From positions 1 to 57,279 of the forward strand of contig RFMI01000139.1 in assembly GCA_009927815.1 (NCBI GenBank): DNA of 57,279 bases. The letters run 5' to 3'. The DNA comes from Betaproteobacteria bacterium (GTDB taxonomy: Bacteria > Pseudomonadota > Gammaproteobacteria > Burkholderiales > UBA3065). This document shows, piece after piece, positions 39,673 through 49,539 of this stretch (position 1 is its first letter; every line of letters starts with the position of its first letter). The position numbers and the translations under genes were made by a program. The notes under the pieces were generated by a model, which did not search any database, was not told where the DNA came from, and saw nothing but the letters and a program-made list of their open reading frames with translations.

Positions 39673-41226
39673 TCAGGCGGCGATGTCTTGCAAGGCATCG
39701 ATCTCCTCGGCTTCCAGCAACTGGTCGGGCTCGATCATCATCACCAGCCGTTTGCTGGCCTGCAGATTGGCGACCCGACGTATCAACCGGCTTTGATCGG
39801 CCGACAGGCGTGGACTGTCCTCGATGGCGGCGTGGGGGATCTTCATCACCTCGGCCACCGAGTCGACGATGAAACCGGTGCGTGTGCCGTTGAGCAGGTA
39901 GACCATGATGCGTTGCCGGTCGTTGCGATCGATGCTGTCCAGGCCGAAACGCCGGCGCTGGTCGATCACCGCCAGAACCGTCCCGCGCAGATTGATCACG
40001 CCTTCGACGAACTCGGGCGACTTCGGCACCCGGGTCAAGGCTTCGGGCACCCGCACGATCTCTTGCACGGACTCGATCGGCACGCCGAACTCGGCGGCGC
40101 CCAGCCGAAACACCACCACTTGGGATTCGTCGGCGTTGCTGCCGTCCCTGTTGTCGATCTCTGCCACAGTCTGTGCCTCCTCAAGCGCGGACTCATGCGT
40201 CTCGTTGATGCTGTCGATGATCGATTCGGATAGCAGTCGGTCTGGCGCGATCACCGAGACCAGGCGTTTGCCATCGCCCAGGCGGCAGATGGCGGTGATG
40301 TCACCCTGTCCATCACGGGCCATGATCGGCGGCATCTCTTCAACACACTGGTTGGGTACACGCAAGACCTCGCTGACGCGGTCCATGACCAAACCCACCG
40401 ACACCGAATTGAGATTGACGACGACGATGCGGTCGGCGCTGGACAAGTCGCGCTGCGGGAGGTCGAACAGCTGCCGCAAGCTCACCAGCGGCAACAAGCG
40501 GTTGCGCAGGGTCATGATGCCGACCAGGGCGCGCGGAGCGTCAGGCACCTGGATCACGCGGTCTGGCGCCTGCACGATCTCCTGCACGGAGCTGATGGCG
40601 ATCGCGTATTCCTGGCTTTCGACCACAAAGCTGACCAGCTGGGTTTCGTCGGCAAGACCGTCGTCTTCGTCATCAAGCGCGGTGTGGTCGGCGTGCTGGC
40701 TGGTGAGGCTGCCAGCCGTGCCAACGGAGTGGTGCAGTTCGGCGAATGCCCGCTCCATCAAGCGGGCGAAGTCGACCAGCATCACCATGTCTTCGCCGGC
40801 ATTTTTGATCACGCCGCTGATCAGGTCACTGCGACCGGCGCCACTCAAACTCTCGGACGGCTCGAGTTGGTCGGGCTCAATCGATATGACGCTGGTGACG
40901 CTGTCAACGACAAAGCCCATCGGCGTGCCGAGATCGATGACCACGGCACGCGTCAGTTCATCGCCCTCGATATCGGGCAAACCAAAGATCTGCCGAAGAC
41001 TGACGATCGGCAGCACGTGGCCGCGCAGATTCGCCAGGCCCAGCAGGTGGCTCGGGGCCAGCGGCACGCGCATCGTGACCGGCACCCGGATGATCTCCTG
41101 CACAGGGGCCATGGGTGCGGCGAACACATCGCTGCCAACCTTGAAGGTCACATACTGATTGAGGTCTGCGGCGACCTCGTCGTCGGCATTGCTCGGGTCT
41201 TCGACGGCTGCGTTCAGATCGCTCAT
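39673..41226 (-). CDS. cheW: Triple-domain CheW scaffold protein (three tandem CheW-like domains)
   Basis: 517 aa with three copies of the CheW core. Residues ~23-158 have YVTFKVGSDVFAAPMAPVQEIIRVP...GLANLRGHVLPIVSL. Residues ~195-333 have LVSFVVESQEYAIAISSVQEIVQAP...GIMTLRNRLLPLVSL. Residues ~368-505 have VVVFRLGAAEFGVPIESVQEIVRVP...GVINLRGTVLAVID. Confidence 0.88.
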   Translation of the reverse strand: MSDLNAAVEDPSNADDEVAADLNQYVTFKVGSDVFAAPMAPVQEIIRVPVTMRVPLAPSHLLGLANLRGHVLPIVSLRQIFGLPDIEGDELTRAVVIDLGTPMGFVVDSVTSVISIEPDQLEPSESLSGAGRSDLISGVIKNAGEDMVMLVDFARLMERAFAELHHSVGTAGSLTSQHADHTALDDEDDGLADETQLVSFVVESQEYAIAISSVQEIVQAPDRVIQVPDAPRALVGIMTLRNRLLPLVSLRQLFDLPQRDLSSADRIVVVNLNSVSVGLVMDRVSEVLRVPNQCVEEMPPIMARDGQGDITAICRLGDGKRLVSVIAPDRLLSESIIDSINETHESALEEAQTVAEIDNRDGSNADESQVVVFRLGAAEFGVPIESVQEIVRVPEALTRVPKSPEFVEGVINLRGTVLAVIDQRRRFGLDSIDRNDRQRIMVYLLNGTRTGFIVDSVAEVMKIPHAAIEDSPRLSADQSRLIRRVANLQASKRLVMMIEPDQLLEAEEIDALQDIAA

Positions 41227-41246
41227 GACGCGCTCCCGCTGCCGAC

Positions 41247-43178
41247 TCAGGCGCTTTGCAGTTCGTCAGCCAGCGAGGCGATCTCTTCGATCGCTGCCGA
41301 CAGCTCTTCGGCACCTTGCGACTGTTGCTTGGCCGCGGTCGCTGCTTCGCCTGCGGCTTGCTCGGCTTCGGCGGCGGCAGAGCTGACCTGCTCGACGCCA
41401 ACCTTGACCTGCGCCACCTGCGCCGCGACTTGCTCGGCGAGTTTGGTCACCTGTTCGCCGCCAGCCGCGATCTCGTTGACGTCGGCTTCCATTTGCAGCA
41501 AAGCGGCGGTGATGCCCTTTGATTTCTCGACCTCGACCAGCGCGGCCGACGCGATTTCTTCGAGGTCGTGGCGAACGGCGGCGATCTGATCCTGCACGCC
41601 TTTGACCATGTCCTTGATGCGGTCGGCGTTCTCGGCCGAGTCGTGGGCCAGATTGCGGATGTCGGTGGCCACCACGACAAAGCCCTTGCCGAACTCGCCA
41701 GCCCGCGCTGCCTCGATGGCACCGTTGACCGCCAGCATATTGGTCTGGATCGACACCGAGGTGATGGCGTCAACGATCTTGTCGATGCGGCGGCTCACCA
41801 GCTCGAGTTCCTTGATTTGAACCAGGCTGCTGCGGGTGCCCTCAACCGAAGACCGGATGCCCTTCACCAGTGAATCGACGGCCGACTTGTTGCTGAGCAC
41901 GGCGGCCTGAATGGCGCGCGATTTTTCCAGCGCGAGGCCGGCTCGCTGCAGTGAGATCTTGACGCCGTCTTCGATCTGCGCGACCGCTGCGGCAGACTCA
42001 TGGCAGGCGGCAGCCTGGGTCTGGGCGCCACGGCGGATCTCGTCGATGGCGACCAGGATCTGGCTCGATGAGCGGTTGATTTCTTGCACCGCAGACGACA
42101 ACTCTTCGGCGGCCGAGGCCACGTCTTCGGCACTCTTGCTGATATTGCTGCTGTTCTTCAGGTCGTCGGCGATGTCCGACAGGCTGCCAGCGGTGGTTTC
42201 GCATTCGGCCAGTGCCTGCGATTGTTCGGCCACGGTTTTGGCGGACTCTTCACAGGCTGAGGACTGTTGTTCGGCGGCTGCGGCGATTGATTCGGCGCCA
42301 CGCATGGCCTGAATCGTGGCGGCGGACGCCTGTTGGGCCGCTGCGGAGATCTCGGTAGCGCCAACGACAACGTCGCCGGCATTCACCGCGATTTCGGTCA
42401 GTTGAGTGGTGATCACTTTGCCGCGCTCCACTTCAGCCTGAACCGCTTGAGCCGACTGGTTGATGCCGGTCGAGATGACCTGCACCTCGGACTGAATCTG
42501 CGACACCAGCTGCTGGATCTCGCCGGCACTTTTTTCTGAGGTTTCGGCGAGCGTGCGCACTTCATCGGCCACTACGGCGAACCCCTTGCCGTGTTTGCCG
42601 GCGCGGGCCGCTTCGATGGCAGCGTTGAGCGCCAGCAAGTTGGTTTGGTCGGCGATTCGCGCCACGGCCTTGACGATGTCGCTGATGTTGGACGCCTGCC
42701 GCTCAAGCTCAGCGACCATCTCCACCGAAGCAATTTGGCGTTGCGCAGCGATGTTGACGTTGCCGACAGATACGGTGACGTCGGTCTGGATGGTCGAGGC
42801 GATGCTCTGCATGTTGGTGGCGCGTGTCTGGGCCAGTTGCGCAGCCTGCATTTGTTGGGTGATCGCAGACGACATCGCCGTGACCGCCGCCAGAGATTGC
42901 TGCGCGGCGCCCGAGGCCTCTTGGGCGCCCGCCGCTATGGTGTCGGACGCGCGGCGCAACTCTTCGGACGCGCTGGCGGCTTCATTGATGCCGGAGGCGA
43001 GCTCCGCCGAGGCGGCCGCGATGCGTTCGGCGGCCTGTTGTTGCTTGGCCATGGTGCGTGCGCGGCGGCGCAGGGCCTCGGCATCACGGTTGGAGGCCGC
43101 TGGGGATGGCGACGCCCCAGTCGGCGGAAAATCGTCCAAAGACTGACTGTCGGTGCGCGATTTTTTGACCAGAGCCAT
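41247..43178 (-). CDS. Soluble MCP with two tandem signalling (hairpin-tip) domains, DosM-like
   Basis: 643 aa with no hydrophobic TM segment and no sensor domain. It has two MCP tip motifs exactly 300 residues apart: [38 protein letters not shown] (res ~175-212) and [37 protein letters not shown] (res ~476-512). Confidence 0.88.
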   Translation of the reverse strand: MALVKKSRTDSQSLDDFPPTGASPSPAASNRDAEALRRRARTMAKQQQAAERIAAASAELASGINEAASASEELRRASDTIAAGAQEASGAAQQSLAAVTAMSSAITQQMQAAQLAQTRATNMQSIASTIQTDVTVSVGNVNIAAQRQIASVEMVAELERQASNISDIVKAVARIADQTNLLALNAAIEAARAGKHGKGFAVVADEVRTLAETSEKSAGEIQQLVSQIQSEVQVISTGINQSAQAVQAEVERGKVITTQLTEIAVNAGDVVVGATEISAAAQQASAATIQAMRGAESIAAAAEQQSSACEESAKTVAEQSQALAECETTAGSLSDIADDLKNSSNISKSAEDVASAAEELSSAVQEINRSSSQILVAIDEIRRGAQTQAAACHESAAAVAQIEDGVKISLQRAGLALEKSRAIQAAVLSNKSAVDSLVKGIRSSVEGTRSSLVQIKELELVSRRIDKIVDAITSVSIQTNMLAVNGAIEAARAGEFGKGFVVVATDIRNLAHDSAENADRIKDMVKGVQDQIAAVRHDLEEIASAALVEVEKSKGITAALLQMEADVNEIAAGGEQVTKLAEQVAAQVAQVKVGVEQVSSAAAEAEQAAGEAATAAKQQSQGAEELSAAIEEIASLADELQSA

Positions 43179-43390
43179 GAAACGGAGTCCCCTCGATAAG
43201 GTTCGCGAATCTAGCCCATGTGTTTATCGGGCTAAGCCATTTTATACATAGTCTACGCCAAAGGGCGAGTCGACGGCGTGCGGCGATTGTGCAATATCTT
43301 TTTACGCAACAGGCGATCTACGACTAGAGAACTCGCTAAACAGTTGTCCGTTTCTGCCCTCACCGTCCAGATGGCGGCGTTTGACGGGGG

Positions 43391-43420
43391 CAAAAACAAA
43401 GCCCGGCATGACCGGGCTTG
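43391..43420 (-). terminator. Rho-independent terminator downstream of rho
   Basis: On the minus strand the sequence reads AAGCCCGG-TCATG-CCGGGCTT followed by TGTTTTTG. It starts about 22 nt after the rho stop codon and insulates rho from the che operon promoter region. Confidence 0.75.
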
Positions 43421-43441
43421 TTGAGGCGCAAATAGATTCGC

Positions 43442-44701
43442 TTACCCGCGCCGCATCGAGTCGAAGAAATCGGCATTGGTTTTGGTCGCGCGAATCTTGT
43501 CGAGCAAAAACTCCATCGCGTCGAGGTCGTCCATCGGATAGAGCAGCTTGCGCAGCACCCACACCTTTTGCAGGATGTCTTGTGGCAGCAGCAACTCTTC
43601 GCGGCGGGTGCCCGAGCGATTGACGTTGATCGCCGGGAACACGCGTTTCTCGGCGCTGCGGCGGTCGAGGTGGATTTCGCTGTTGCCAGTGCCCTTGAAT
43701 TCTTCGTAGATCACCTCGTCCATGCGGCTGCCAGTGTCGATCAGCGCAGTGGCGAGAATGGTCAGCGATCCGCCTTCTTCGATGTTGCGCGCAGCACCAA
43801 AGAAGCGCTTGGGCTTCTGCAAGGCATTGGCGTCGACACCGCCGGTCAACACCTTGCCGGAGGCCGGCTGCACGGTGTTGTAAGCGCGCGCCAGACGGGT
43901 GATCGAGTCGAGCAGGATGACCACATCCTTTTTGTGCTCGACCAGCCGTTTGGCCTTCTCGATGACCATTTCGGCCACTTGCACGTGACGTTGGGGTGGT
44001 TCGTCGAAGGTGCTGGCGACGACTTCGCCGCGCACCGAACGCGACATCTCGGTCACTTCTTCGGGGCGCTCGTCGATCAGCATGACAATGAGCACCACGT
44101 CCGGATGGTTGCTGGTGATGGCGTGGGCGATGTGCTGCATCATCACGGTCTTGCCGCTTTTCGGCGGCGCCACCAGCAGGCCGCGTTGGCCTTTGCCGAT
44201 CGGCGCGATCATGTCGATGACGCGGCTGGTGATGTTTTCCTCAGCCTTGATGTCGCGCTCGAGTTTGAGGTGTTCGTCGGGGTGCAGCGGCGTCAGATTC
44301 TCGAACAGGATCTTGTTCTTGCTCTTTTCCGGCGGCTCACCGTTGATGCTGTCGACTTTGACCAGCGCGAAGTAGCGCTCGCCCTCTTTTGGGGTGCGGA
44401 TCTCGCCTTGGATGGTGTCGCCGGTGTGCAGGTTGAAACGACGGATCTGCGAGGGGCTGACGTAAATATCGTCGGGGCCGGCGAGGTAGCTGGTGTCCGG
44501 GCTGCGCAGAAAGCCGAAGCCATCTGACAGGATTTCCATGGTGCCACTGCCGCTGATGGTCTCGCCCTTTTTGGCGTGGTTCTTGAGCAAGGCGAAGATG
44601 AGGTCCTGCTTGCGCAGGCGATTGGCGCCCTCGATCTCGAAGGCTGTAGCCATCTCGACCAGTTCGGTCACGTGTTTGTTTTTGAGGTCTGCGAGATCCA
44701 T
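43442..44701 (-). CDS. rho: Transcription termination factor Rho
   Basis: 419-aa ORF with [18 protein letters not shown], the RNA-binding GFGFLR, the Walker A motif PPKSGKT, and a typical C-terminus. Confidence 0.97.
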   Translation of the reverse strand: MDLADLKNKHVTELVEMATAFEIEGANRLRKQDLIFALLKNHAKKGETISGSGTMEILSDGFGFLRSPDTSYLAGPDDIYVSPSQIRRFNLHTGDTIQGEIRTPKEGERYFALVKVDSINGEPPEKSKNKILFENLTPLHPDEHLKLERDIKAEENITSRVIDMIAPIGKGQRGLLVAPPKSGKTVMMQHIAHAITSNHPDVVLIVMLIDERPEEVTEMSRSVRGEVVASTFDEPPQRHVQVAEMVIEKAKRLVEHKKDVVILLDSITRLARAYNTVQPASGKVLTGGVDANALQKPKRFFGAARNIEEGGSLTILATALIDTGSRMDEVIYEEFKGTGNSEIHLDRRSAEKRVFPAINVNRSGTRREELLLPQDILQKVWVLRKLLYPMDDLDAMEFLLDKIRATKTNADFFDSMRRG

Positions 44702-44826
44702 GCGGGGGTGGCCCGGGAGACGGGCTGAGCGGGGGAGGGAAGATCGGAGTGTCCGGCGGCAGAGGACTCTGCGCGGAGGTGCTCGCTACGTACTATCGAC
44801 GTAAGCGAGCCCTGAGAGTACGGCGA

Positions 44827-45153
44827 CTACAGGTTGCTGTCAATGAATGCGGTGAGCTGCGACTTGCTGAGCGCGCCGACCTTGGTGGCGGCGACATTGC
44901 CGTCCTTGAACAGCATCAGCGTCGGGATGCCGCGGATGCCGTAGCGCGGCGGAGTATCGGGGTTCTGGTCGATGTTGAGCTTGGCAACCGTAACGCGGCC
45001 AGCATACTCGCGGGCGACCTCGTCGAGGATTGGCGCAATCATCTTGCAGGGGCCACACCACTCGGCCCAGTAATCCACCAGCACCGGGTGGTCGGCTTTG
45101 AGAACATCGGCTTCAAACGAAGCGTCGCTGACATGCAGAATCGAATCGCTCAT
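44827..45153 (-). CDS. trxA: Thioredoxin
   Basis: 108 aa from ATG 45153 ([13 protein letters not shown]...) with a WCGPC active site. This is the conserved trxA-rho pair. Confidence 0.95.
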   Translation of the reverse strand: MSDSILHVSDASFEADVLKADHPVLVDYWAEWCGPCKMIAPILDEVAREYAGRVTVAKLNIDQNPDTPPRYGIRGIPTLMLFKDGNVAATKVGALSKSQLTAFIDSNL

Positions 45154-45346
45154 GGGCGTCGGGGATTTCCTGTGAACTTGGGACAAGTGAGCGCGGCGGG
45201 ATTGGACCGCGTGTCTGATGTTAAAGCCTTTCCGGACAGCGCGCCATTGGGTCGCTGCGACTGCTCTGGTAGACTGTAAAGCTCAGTTGTCACCCCGGGC
45301 GGCACGCATCACAATCGCCAAACCGGCCCACGAGGATTTTTTCAAC

Positions 45347-45670
45347 ATGACTTATGTAGTGACCGAAGGCTGTATCAAGTGCAAGTTCACCGATTGCGTC
45401 GATGTGTGCCCGGTGGACTGTTTTCGCGAAGGCCCGAATTTCCTCGTGATTGACCCGGACGAGTGCATCGATTGCACCCTGTGCGTCGCCGAGTGTCCGG
45501 CTGAAGCCATCTTCGCCGAGGATGACGTTCCGGCCGACCAGCAAGACTTCATTGAGCTCAATGCGGAGCTTGCGCAGCACTGGAAGCCGATCATCGAGAG
45601 CAAGGCCGCCATGACCGATGCCGACGACTGGGTGAAGGTGAAGGACAAGCGCGCTCTGCTCGAGCGCTGA
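45347..45670 (+). CDS. fdxA: Ferredoxin (7Fe FdxA type)
   Basis: 107 aa from ATG 45347: [26 protein letters not shown]...[12 protein letters not shown]. Confidence 0.92.
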   Translation: MTYVVTEGCIKCKFTDCVDVCPVDCFREGPNFLVIDPDECIDCTLCVAECPAEAIFAEDDVPADQQDFIELNAELAQHWKPIIESKAAMTDADDWVKVKDKRALLER

Positions 45671-45685
45671 GGCAGGCCGGCTGAG

Positions 45686-48418
45686 ATGTCCGGGGAGGCC
45701 GGCGCGACAGAGCTGCGCACCCGGTCGCTCCCCCCCGATCGACCGCTCGGACACCTCGCTGAAGAACTGTTGGGCGCCGTTGGCAGGCTGCCGGAACTGG
45801 CGCGTCATACGGTGGTGGTGCCGCATCCGGCGCTGATCCCACATCTTGCCGCCGCACTGCGCGTGCAGGCAGGCCAGCCATGTCCGCTTCCGCGGATACT
45901 GACCCTCAACGACTGGTTGGCGCAGCAGCCGGTGCCCCCGGCGGCCGTCAGCCGACTGCGGCTGGTGGCGGAGTTGCAGCGGCACTTGGGATCGCAGCGA
46001 TGGTTGTCGGCGGTCGATCGCTGGCAACTGGCTGACGAGCTCACGCTTGTCTTCGACGAGTGGCTGGAGCAGCACACCCGCCTTGCCGTTGACCTCGGGG
46101 CATTGACCGAGCAGGTCGCGCGCGCTGCGACGGGCCTGCGTGACCGTGGTCTGCAGTTCGAATCGCACCTGGCCAACGAGCTTTGCCTGGCCACCCATGG
46201 TCGCAGCGATGCCGGACTCACGGACGGCCAGCGTCGTGCGTTGGCGATGGCCCATCTTGCAGCGCACCTGGCTGGGCCGGTGTGGGTCTTGGATGCGGGC
46301 CGCGTGAGCGCCCGCGAGCGCGACTTCTGGTTGGCGTGTGCGGTTCGCCAGACGGTCACTCTGCTGCATCTCGACGCAAGCCTGTGCTCGCGGTCGGCCT
46401 GGGTGGCGGCGGCCGGCGTGCAGGATGCGCGGCCTTTGCGTGAGCGTGCGGCAGGGTGGATGGCGGCCCACCCGCAAGCGCCGACGGGTATCAGCGTGTT
46501 CTCGGCCAGCGGGCGCGAAGCCGAAGCGCTGCATGTCTGCAACACGGTGTGCGAGTGGCTGGCCGACGGTGTCGGCCGGATCGCTGTGGTTGCCAGTGAC
46601 CGGGCGCTTGCCCGACGTCTGCGGGCATTGCTCGAGCGGCGTGCCGTGTTGTTGAACGACGCCGCTGGCTGGACGCTGGCCACCACACGCGTCGGCGCTG
46701 CACTGCGCGATTGGCTGGCGATGGCGTGGCAGCCCACAGCGGGACTGTTGGCCAATTGCTTGGATTCACCCTTGCTGGCGCCGCGACTCGATGCGTCCAC
46801 GGCGGCCGCCTTCAATGCCGCGCTCGCCCGTCAGGCGCCGCACGCACGCCTCGACTGGACCGCGCTCAACCGCTCGCTCGCCGATGCCCCGCTTGCGCTC
46901 GCAATGCTGGGTGAGTTGCAGCAGAGCACCCGCGGTGTGCGGGGTGCCGCACGGCCCTTGGGCGACTGGGTTGCAGCCATGCACCAGGCGCTATGCAGCT
47001 TGGCGCCGTCGCTGGCCGACGATCCCGCCGGCGCGCAATTGCTGCAAGCACTTGACGATGCGCGCCTCCGATTGCGTGCCGATGCCAGTCCTCGGCCGGC
47101 AGACGAACTGGTTGACTGGCTGGATTGGTGGCTCTCGACAACCCATTACCGCGAGACTGGCGTCAGCAGTCCGGTGACCTTGACTTACCCCGGCGCAACG
47201 CGCGGGATGACGTTCGACGCGATCGCCGTGTGCGGTGCCGACGCGACCCATATTCCGGCGCCAGTGTCATCACGTCGGCTGCTGCGCGATGCGGCCCGCG
47301 CACAGCTCGATCTGCAGACGGCGGAGGCTGCGCGCGAGCAGTCGTTCGACGACTGGTGTTTGCTGATTGGCAGTGCACCGCGCGTGTTGATCAGCTGGCA
47401 GGGCACCAACGACCGCGGCGAGCCGAATCCGCCGTCGCCGTGGTTGGCGCTGATGGATGGCTTCCATCGGCTGGCCTGGGGCTGCGCTCTGCCGTTGGCG
47501 CAAGCCTTCTCGGACGCGGTTGTGGCGCCGCCGGACGCGCTGCCGCCCCCCACCAGCGGACGGCTGAAGCAGCTGCCCGAACGCTTGAGCGCCAGCGCGT
47601 ATCAGTCGCTATTAGCTTGTCCGTTCCAGTACTTAGTGCGCGATGGTTTGGGCTTGCGCCTTATGGAAGAGGTGACCGAGGACGTCGACAAGCGCGATTA
47701 CGGCGTGGTGGTGCACGCCATCCTGCGGCAGTTCCACGCGGCAGTGCCGGTGGTCGCGGCGCTGGGCGTCGACGCGGCGCGGGCAGAGCTCACAACGATC
47801 AGTCAGGCGGAGTTCGCCCCACTGGTGCGAAAAGACTATGCGGCGAGGGCTTGGCAGCTGCGCTGGGAAGCGGTCATCCCCGGATACATCGAATGGCAGA
47901 TGAGTCGCGAGGCGGCAGGTTGGCGCGTGCGGGTCGAGGATTGCGAGCAGGCCGTAACGTCCGCGCTGGCCGTGCCGGCACATGGGGAGATGGCGCTGTT
48001 TGGCACGCCGGATCGGGTTGACGAGGCGCTCGAGGGTGAAGTGCCACGGCGGGCTGTCCTCGATTACAAGACCAGCGGACGCGACCGCTTGAAAAGCCTG
48101 GAGCGGCGTCCTGACGAGGATGGTCAGTTGGTGCTGTACGCCCACTTGTTTTCGGACGTGGGCGAACTGGCCTATGTGCCGTTGGAGGGCGGGCGCGACA
48201 ACAGGGCAGTGCAGCCCGTGGCCTTGGCTGGCGATGTGTTGGTCGCGGTTGTCGACCAGCACATCGACCGCCTGCAACAGACCTTGTCACGCATCGGCGA
48301 TGGCGAGGCGCTGGTGGCGATGGGCGACGAGGCAGCGTGCCGGTATTGCCAGGCGCGCGGACTGTGTCGCCGCGACCACCGGGCGACGTTTACGCCGCAG
48401 CCGGCAAGCGCTGCCTGA
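45686..48418 (+). CDS. AddB-like PD-(D/E)XK nuclease superfamily protein (inactivated helicase-like N-terminal part plus C-terminal nuclease with Cys cluster)
   Basis: 910-aa ORF. The C-terminal region has DRVDE...VLDYKTSG (nuclease D...D/E-x-K-like) and a terminal CRYCQARGLC cysteine motif as in AddB/RecB-family Fe-S nucleases. No Walker A is obvious at the N-terminus. Confidence 0.6.
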   Translation: MSGEAGATELRTRSLPPDRPLGHLAEELLGAVGRLPELARHTVVVPHPALIPHLAAALRVQAGQPCPLPRILTLNDWLAQQPVPPAAVSRLRLVAELQRHLGSQRWLSAVDRWQLADELTLVFDEWLEQHTRLAVDLGALTEQVARAATGLRDRGLQFESHLANELCLATHGRSDAGLTDGQRRALAMAHLAAHLAGPVWVLDAGRVSARERDFWLACAVRQTVTLLHLDASLCSRSAWVAAAGVQDARPLRERAAGWMAAHPQAPTGISVFSASGREAEALHVCNTVCEWLADGVGRIAVVASDRALARRLRALLERRAVLLNDAAGWTLATTRVGAALRDWLAMAWQPTAGLLANCLDSPLLAPRLDASTAAAFNAALARQAPHARLDWTALNRSLADAPLALAMLGELQQSTRGVRGAARPLGDWVAAMHQALCSLAPSLADDPAGAQLLQALDDARLRLRADASPRPADELVDWLDWWLSTTHYRETGVSSPVTLTYPGATRGMTFDAIAVCGADATHIPAPVSSRRLLRDAARAQLDLQTAEAAREQSFDDWCLLIGSAPRVLISWQGTNDRGEPNPPSPWLALMDGFHRLAWGCALPLAQAFSDAVVAPPDALPPPTSGRLKQLPERLSASAYQSLLACPFQYLVRDGLGLRLMEEVTEDVDKRDYGVVVHAILRQFHAAVPVVAALGVDAARAELTTISQAEFAPLVRKDYAARAWQLRWEAVIPGYIEWQMSREAAGWRVRVEDCEQAVTSALAVPAHGEMALFGTPDRVDEALEGEVPRRAVLDYKTSGRDRLKSLERRPDEDGQLVLYAHLFSDVGELAYVPLEGGRDNRAVQPVALAGDVLVAVVDQHIDRLQQTLSRIGDGEALVAMGDEAACRYCQARGLCRRDHRATFTPQPASAA

Positions 48419-48430
48419 GCCCGGTTGCGG

Positions 48431-49537
48431 TCAGCTGCGGTTGAGGCTCTCGGCCAGCGCGTCGAGGCAGCGCTGATTCTCGTGCGGTAGCCCAATCGAG
48501 ATGCGCAGATGGTGCGGCAGGCCGTAGCCGGCCACTGGCCGTACGATGACGCCGCGCCGCAGCAGTTCGGCGTTGACGCGAGCGGCGTCGCCGACCTCGA
48601 CGGTGATGAAGTTGCCGAATGGCTCGATCCAGCGCAGGCCCAGGGCGGCGAGTCCAGTCTTCATCTGCGCCATGCCCTCGCGGTTGGCGGCGGCGCTGCG
48701 CGCGACAAAGTCGTCGTCGGCGAGCGCTGCTACCGCAGCCGCCAGCGCGACGCTGTTGACGTTGAAAGGCTGGCGCACGCGGTTGCAGAGGTCGATGAGT
48801 TCCGGGCTGCCGACGCCAAAGCCGACTCGCAGTCCAGCCAAGCCGTAGATCTTGGCAAAGGTACGCGTCACCAGCAGTCGCGGGTGCTGGTGCACCCAGG
48901 CGAAGCTATCGCAGCGTTGTGCGGGCTCGAGGTACTCGCTGTAAGCCTCGTCAAGTACGGCGACAACGGTGTCCGGCAGCGAGAACACAAAATCGCGCAC
49001 CGCTTCGGGGGCCAGCAGGGTCCCGGTCGGATTGTTCGGGTTGGCGATCCAAACGATGCGGGTGTCCGGTCGGATCGCGGCGCGCATGGCGTCGAGGTCG
49101 TGGCCGTAGTCGCGGGCCGGTACTTCGATGCGCTCGGCGCCCACGCTTTGACAGACCAGTCCGTAGACGGCGAACGCATGTTGGCTGTACACGGCGCTGG
49201 TGCCCGGCCCGAGGAACACCCGGCCGACGATATCGAGCACATCGTTGGAGCCGTTGCCGAGGACGATCTGCTGCTGACTGAGGCCGAATCGTGCCGACAG
49301 CGCAGCCTTGAGGTCGAACCCGGCGCCATCGGGGTAGCGGGCGAGTTCGTTCAGCGCTGCTGCCGCAGCTGCCATCGCCGATGGGCTCATGCCCAGGGGG
49401 TTTTCGTTGCTCGCCAGCTTGACGATGTCGCTTTCGGCGATGCCAGTTTCGCGGGCGAGCTCGGCAATTGGTTTGCCGGTTTGGTAGGGCGCGATGCCGA
49501 CGACGCTGGGCAGGGCTAGGGCAAGCGGGTTGCTCAT
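48431..49537 (-). CDS. hisC: Histidinol-phosphate / aromatic aminotransferase
   Basis: 368-aa class II aminotransferase with LASNENPLG and the PLP-lysine context TRTFAKIYGLAGLRVG. It lies downstream of pheA. Confidence 0.9.
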   Translation of the reverse strand: MSNPLALALPSVVGIAPYQTGKPIAELARETGIAESDIVKLASNENPLGMSPSAMAAAAAALNELARYPDGAGFDLKAALSARFGLSQQQIVLGNGSNDVLDIVGRVFLGPGTSAVYSQHAFAVYGLVCQSVGAERIEVPARDYGHDLDAMRAAIRPDTRIVWIANPNNPTGTLLAPEAVRDFVFSLPDTVVAVLDEAYSEYLEPAQRCDSFAWVHQHPRLLVTRTFAKIYGLAGLRVGFGVGSPELIDLCNRVRQPFNVNSVALAAAVAALADDDFVARSAAANREGMAQMKTGLAALGLRWIEPFGNFITVEVGDAARVNAELLRRGVIVRPVAGYGLPHHLRISIGLPHENQRCLDALAESLNRS

Positions 49538-49539
49538 GC

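Noticed and set aside
41247-43178. The two MCP tip motifs as an assembly-generated tandem duplication.
   Set aside because: The two ~900-nt halves differ substantially at both nucleotide and amino-acid level (for example [16 protein letters not shown] versus [16 protein letters not shown]). They are diverged paralogous modules within one intact ORF.
43224-43231. A sigma-28 (FliA)-like -10 element, CCCGATAA on the minus strand, about 45 nt upstream of the che operon start.
   Set aside because: The -10 matches GCCGATAA in 7 of 8 positions. At the required 11-nt spacing, however, the -35 region matches TAAAGTTT in only about 3 of 8 positions. I also found no TGGCAC-N5-TTGC sigma-54 motif. The evidence is not strong enough to call a promoter.
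44770-44812. A hairpin (GCTCGCT...AGCGAGC) in the trxA-rho intergenic region as a terminator or attenuator for rho autoregulation.
   Set aside because: The stem is short with a 16-nt loop and has no U-tract. Rho autoregulation is Rho-dependent and is not defined by such a hairpin. Too speculative.
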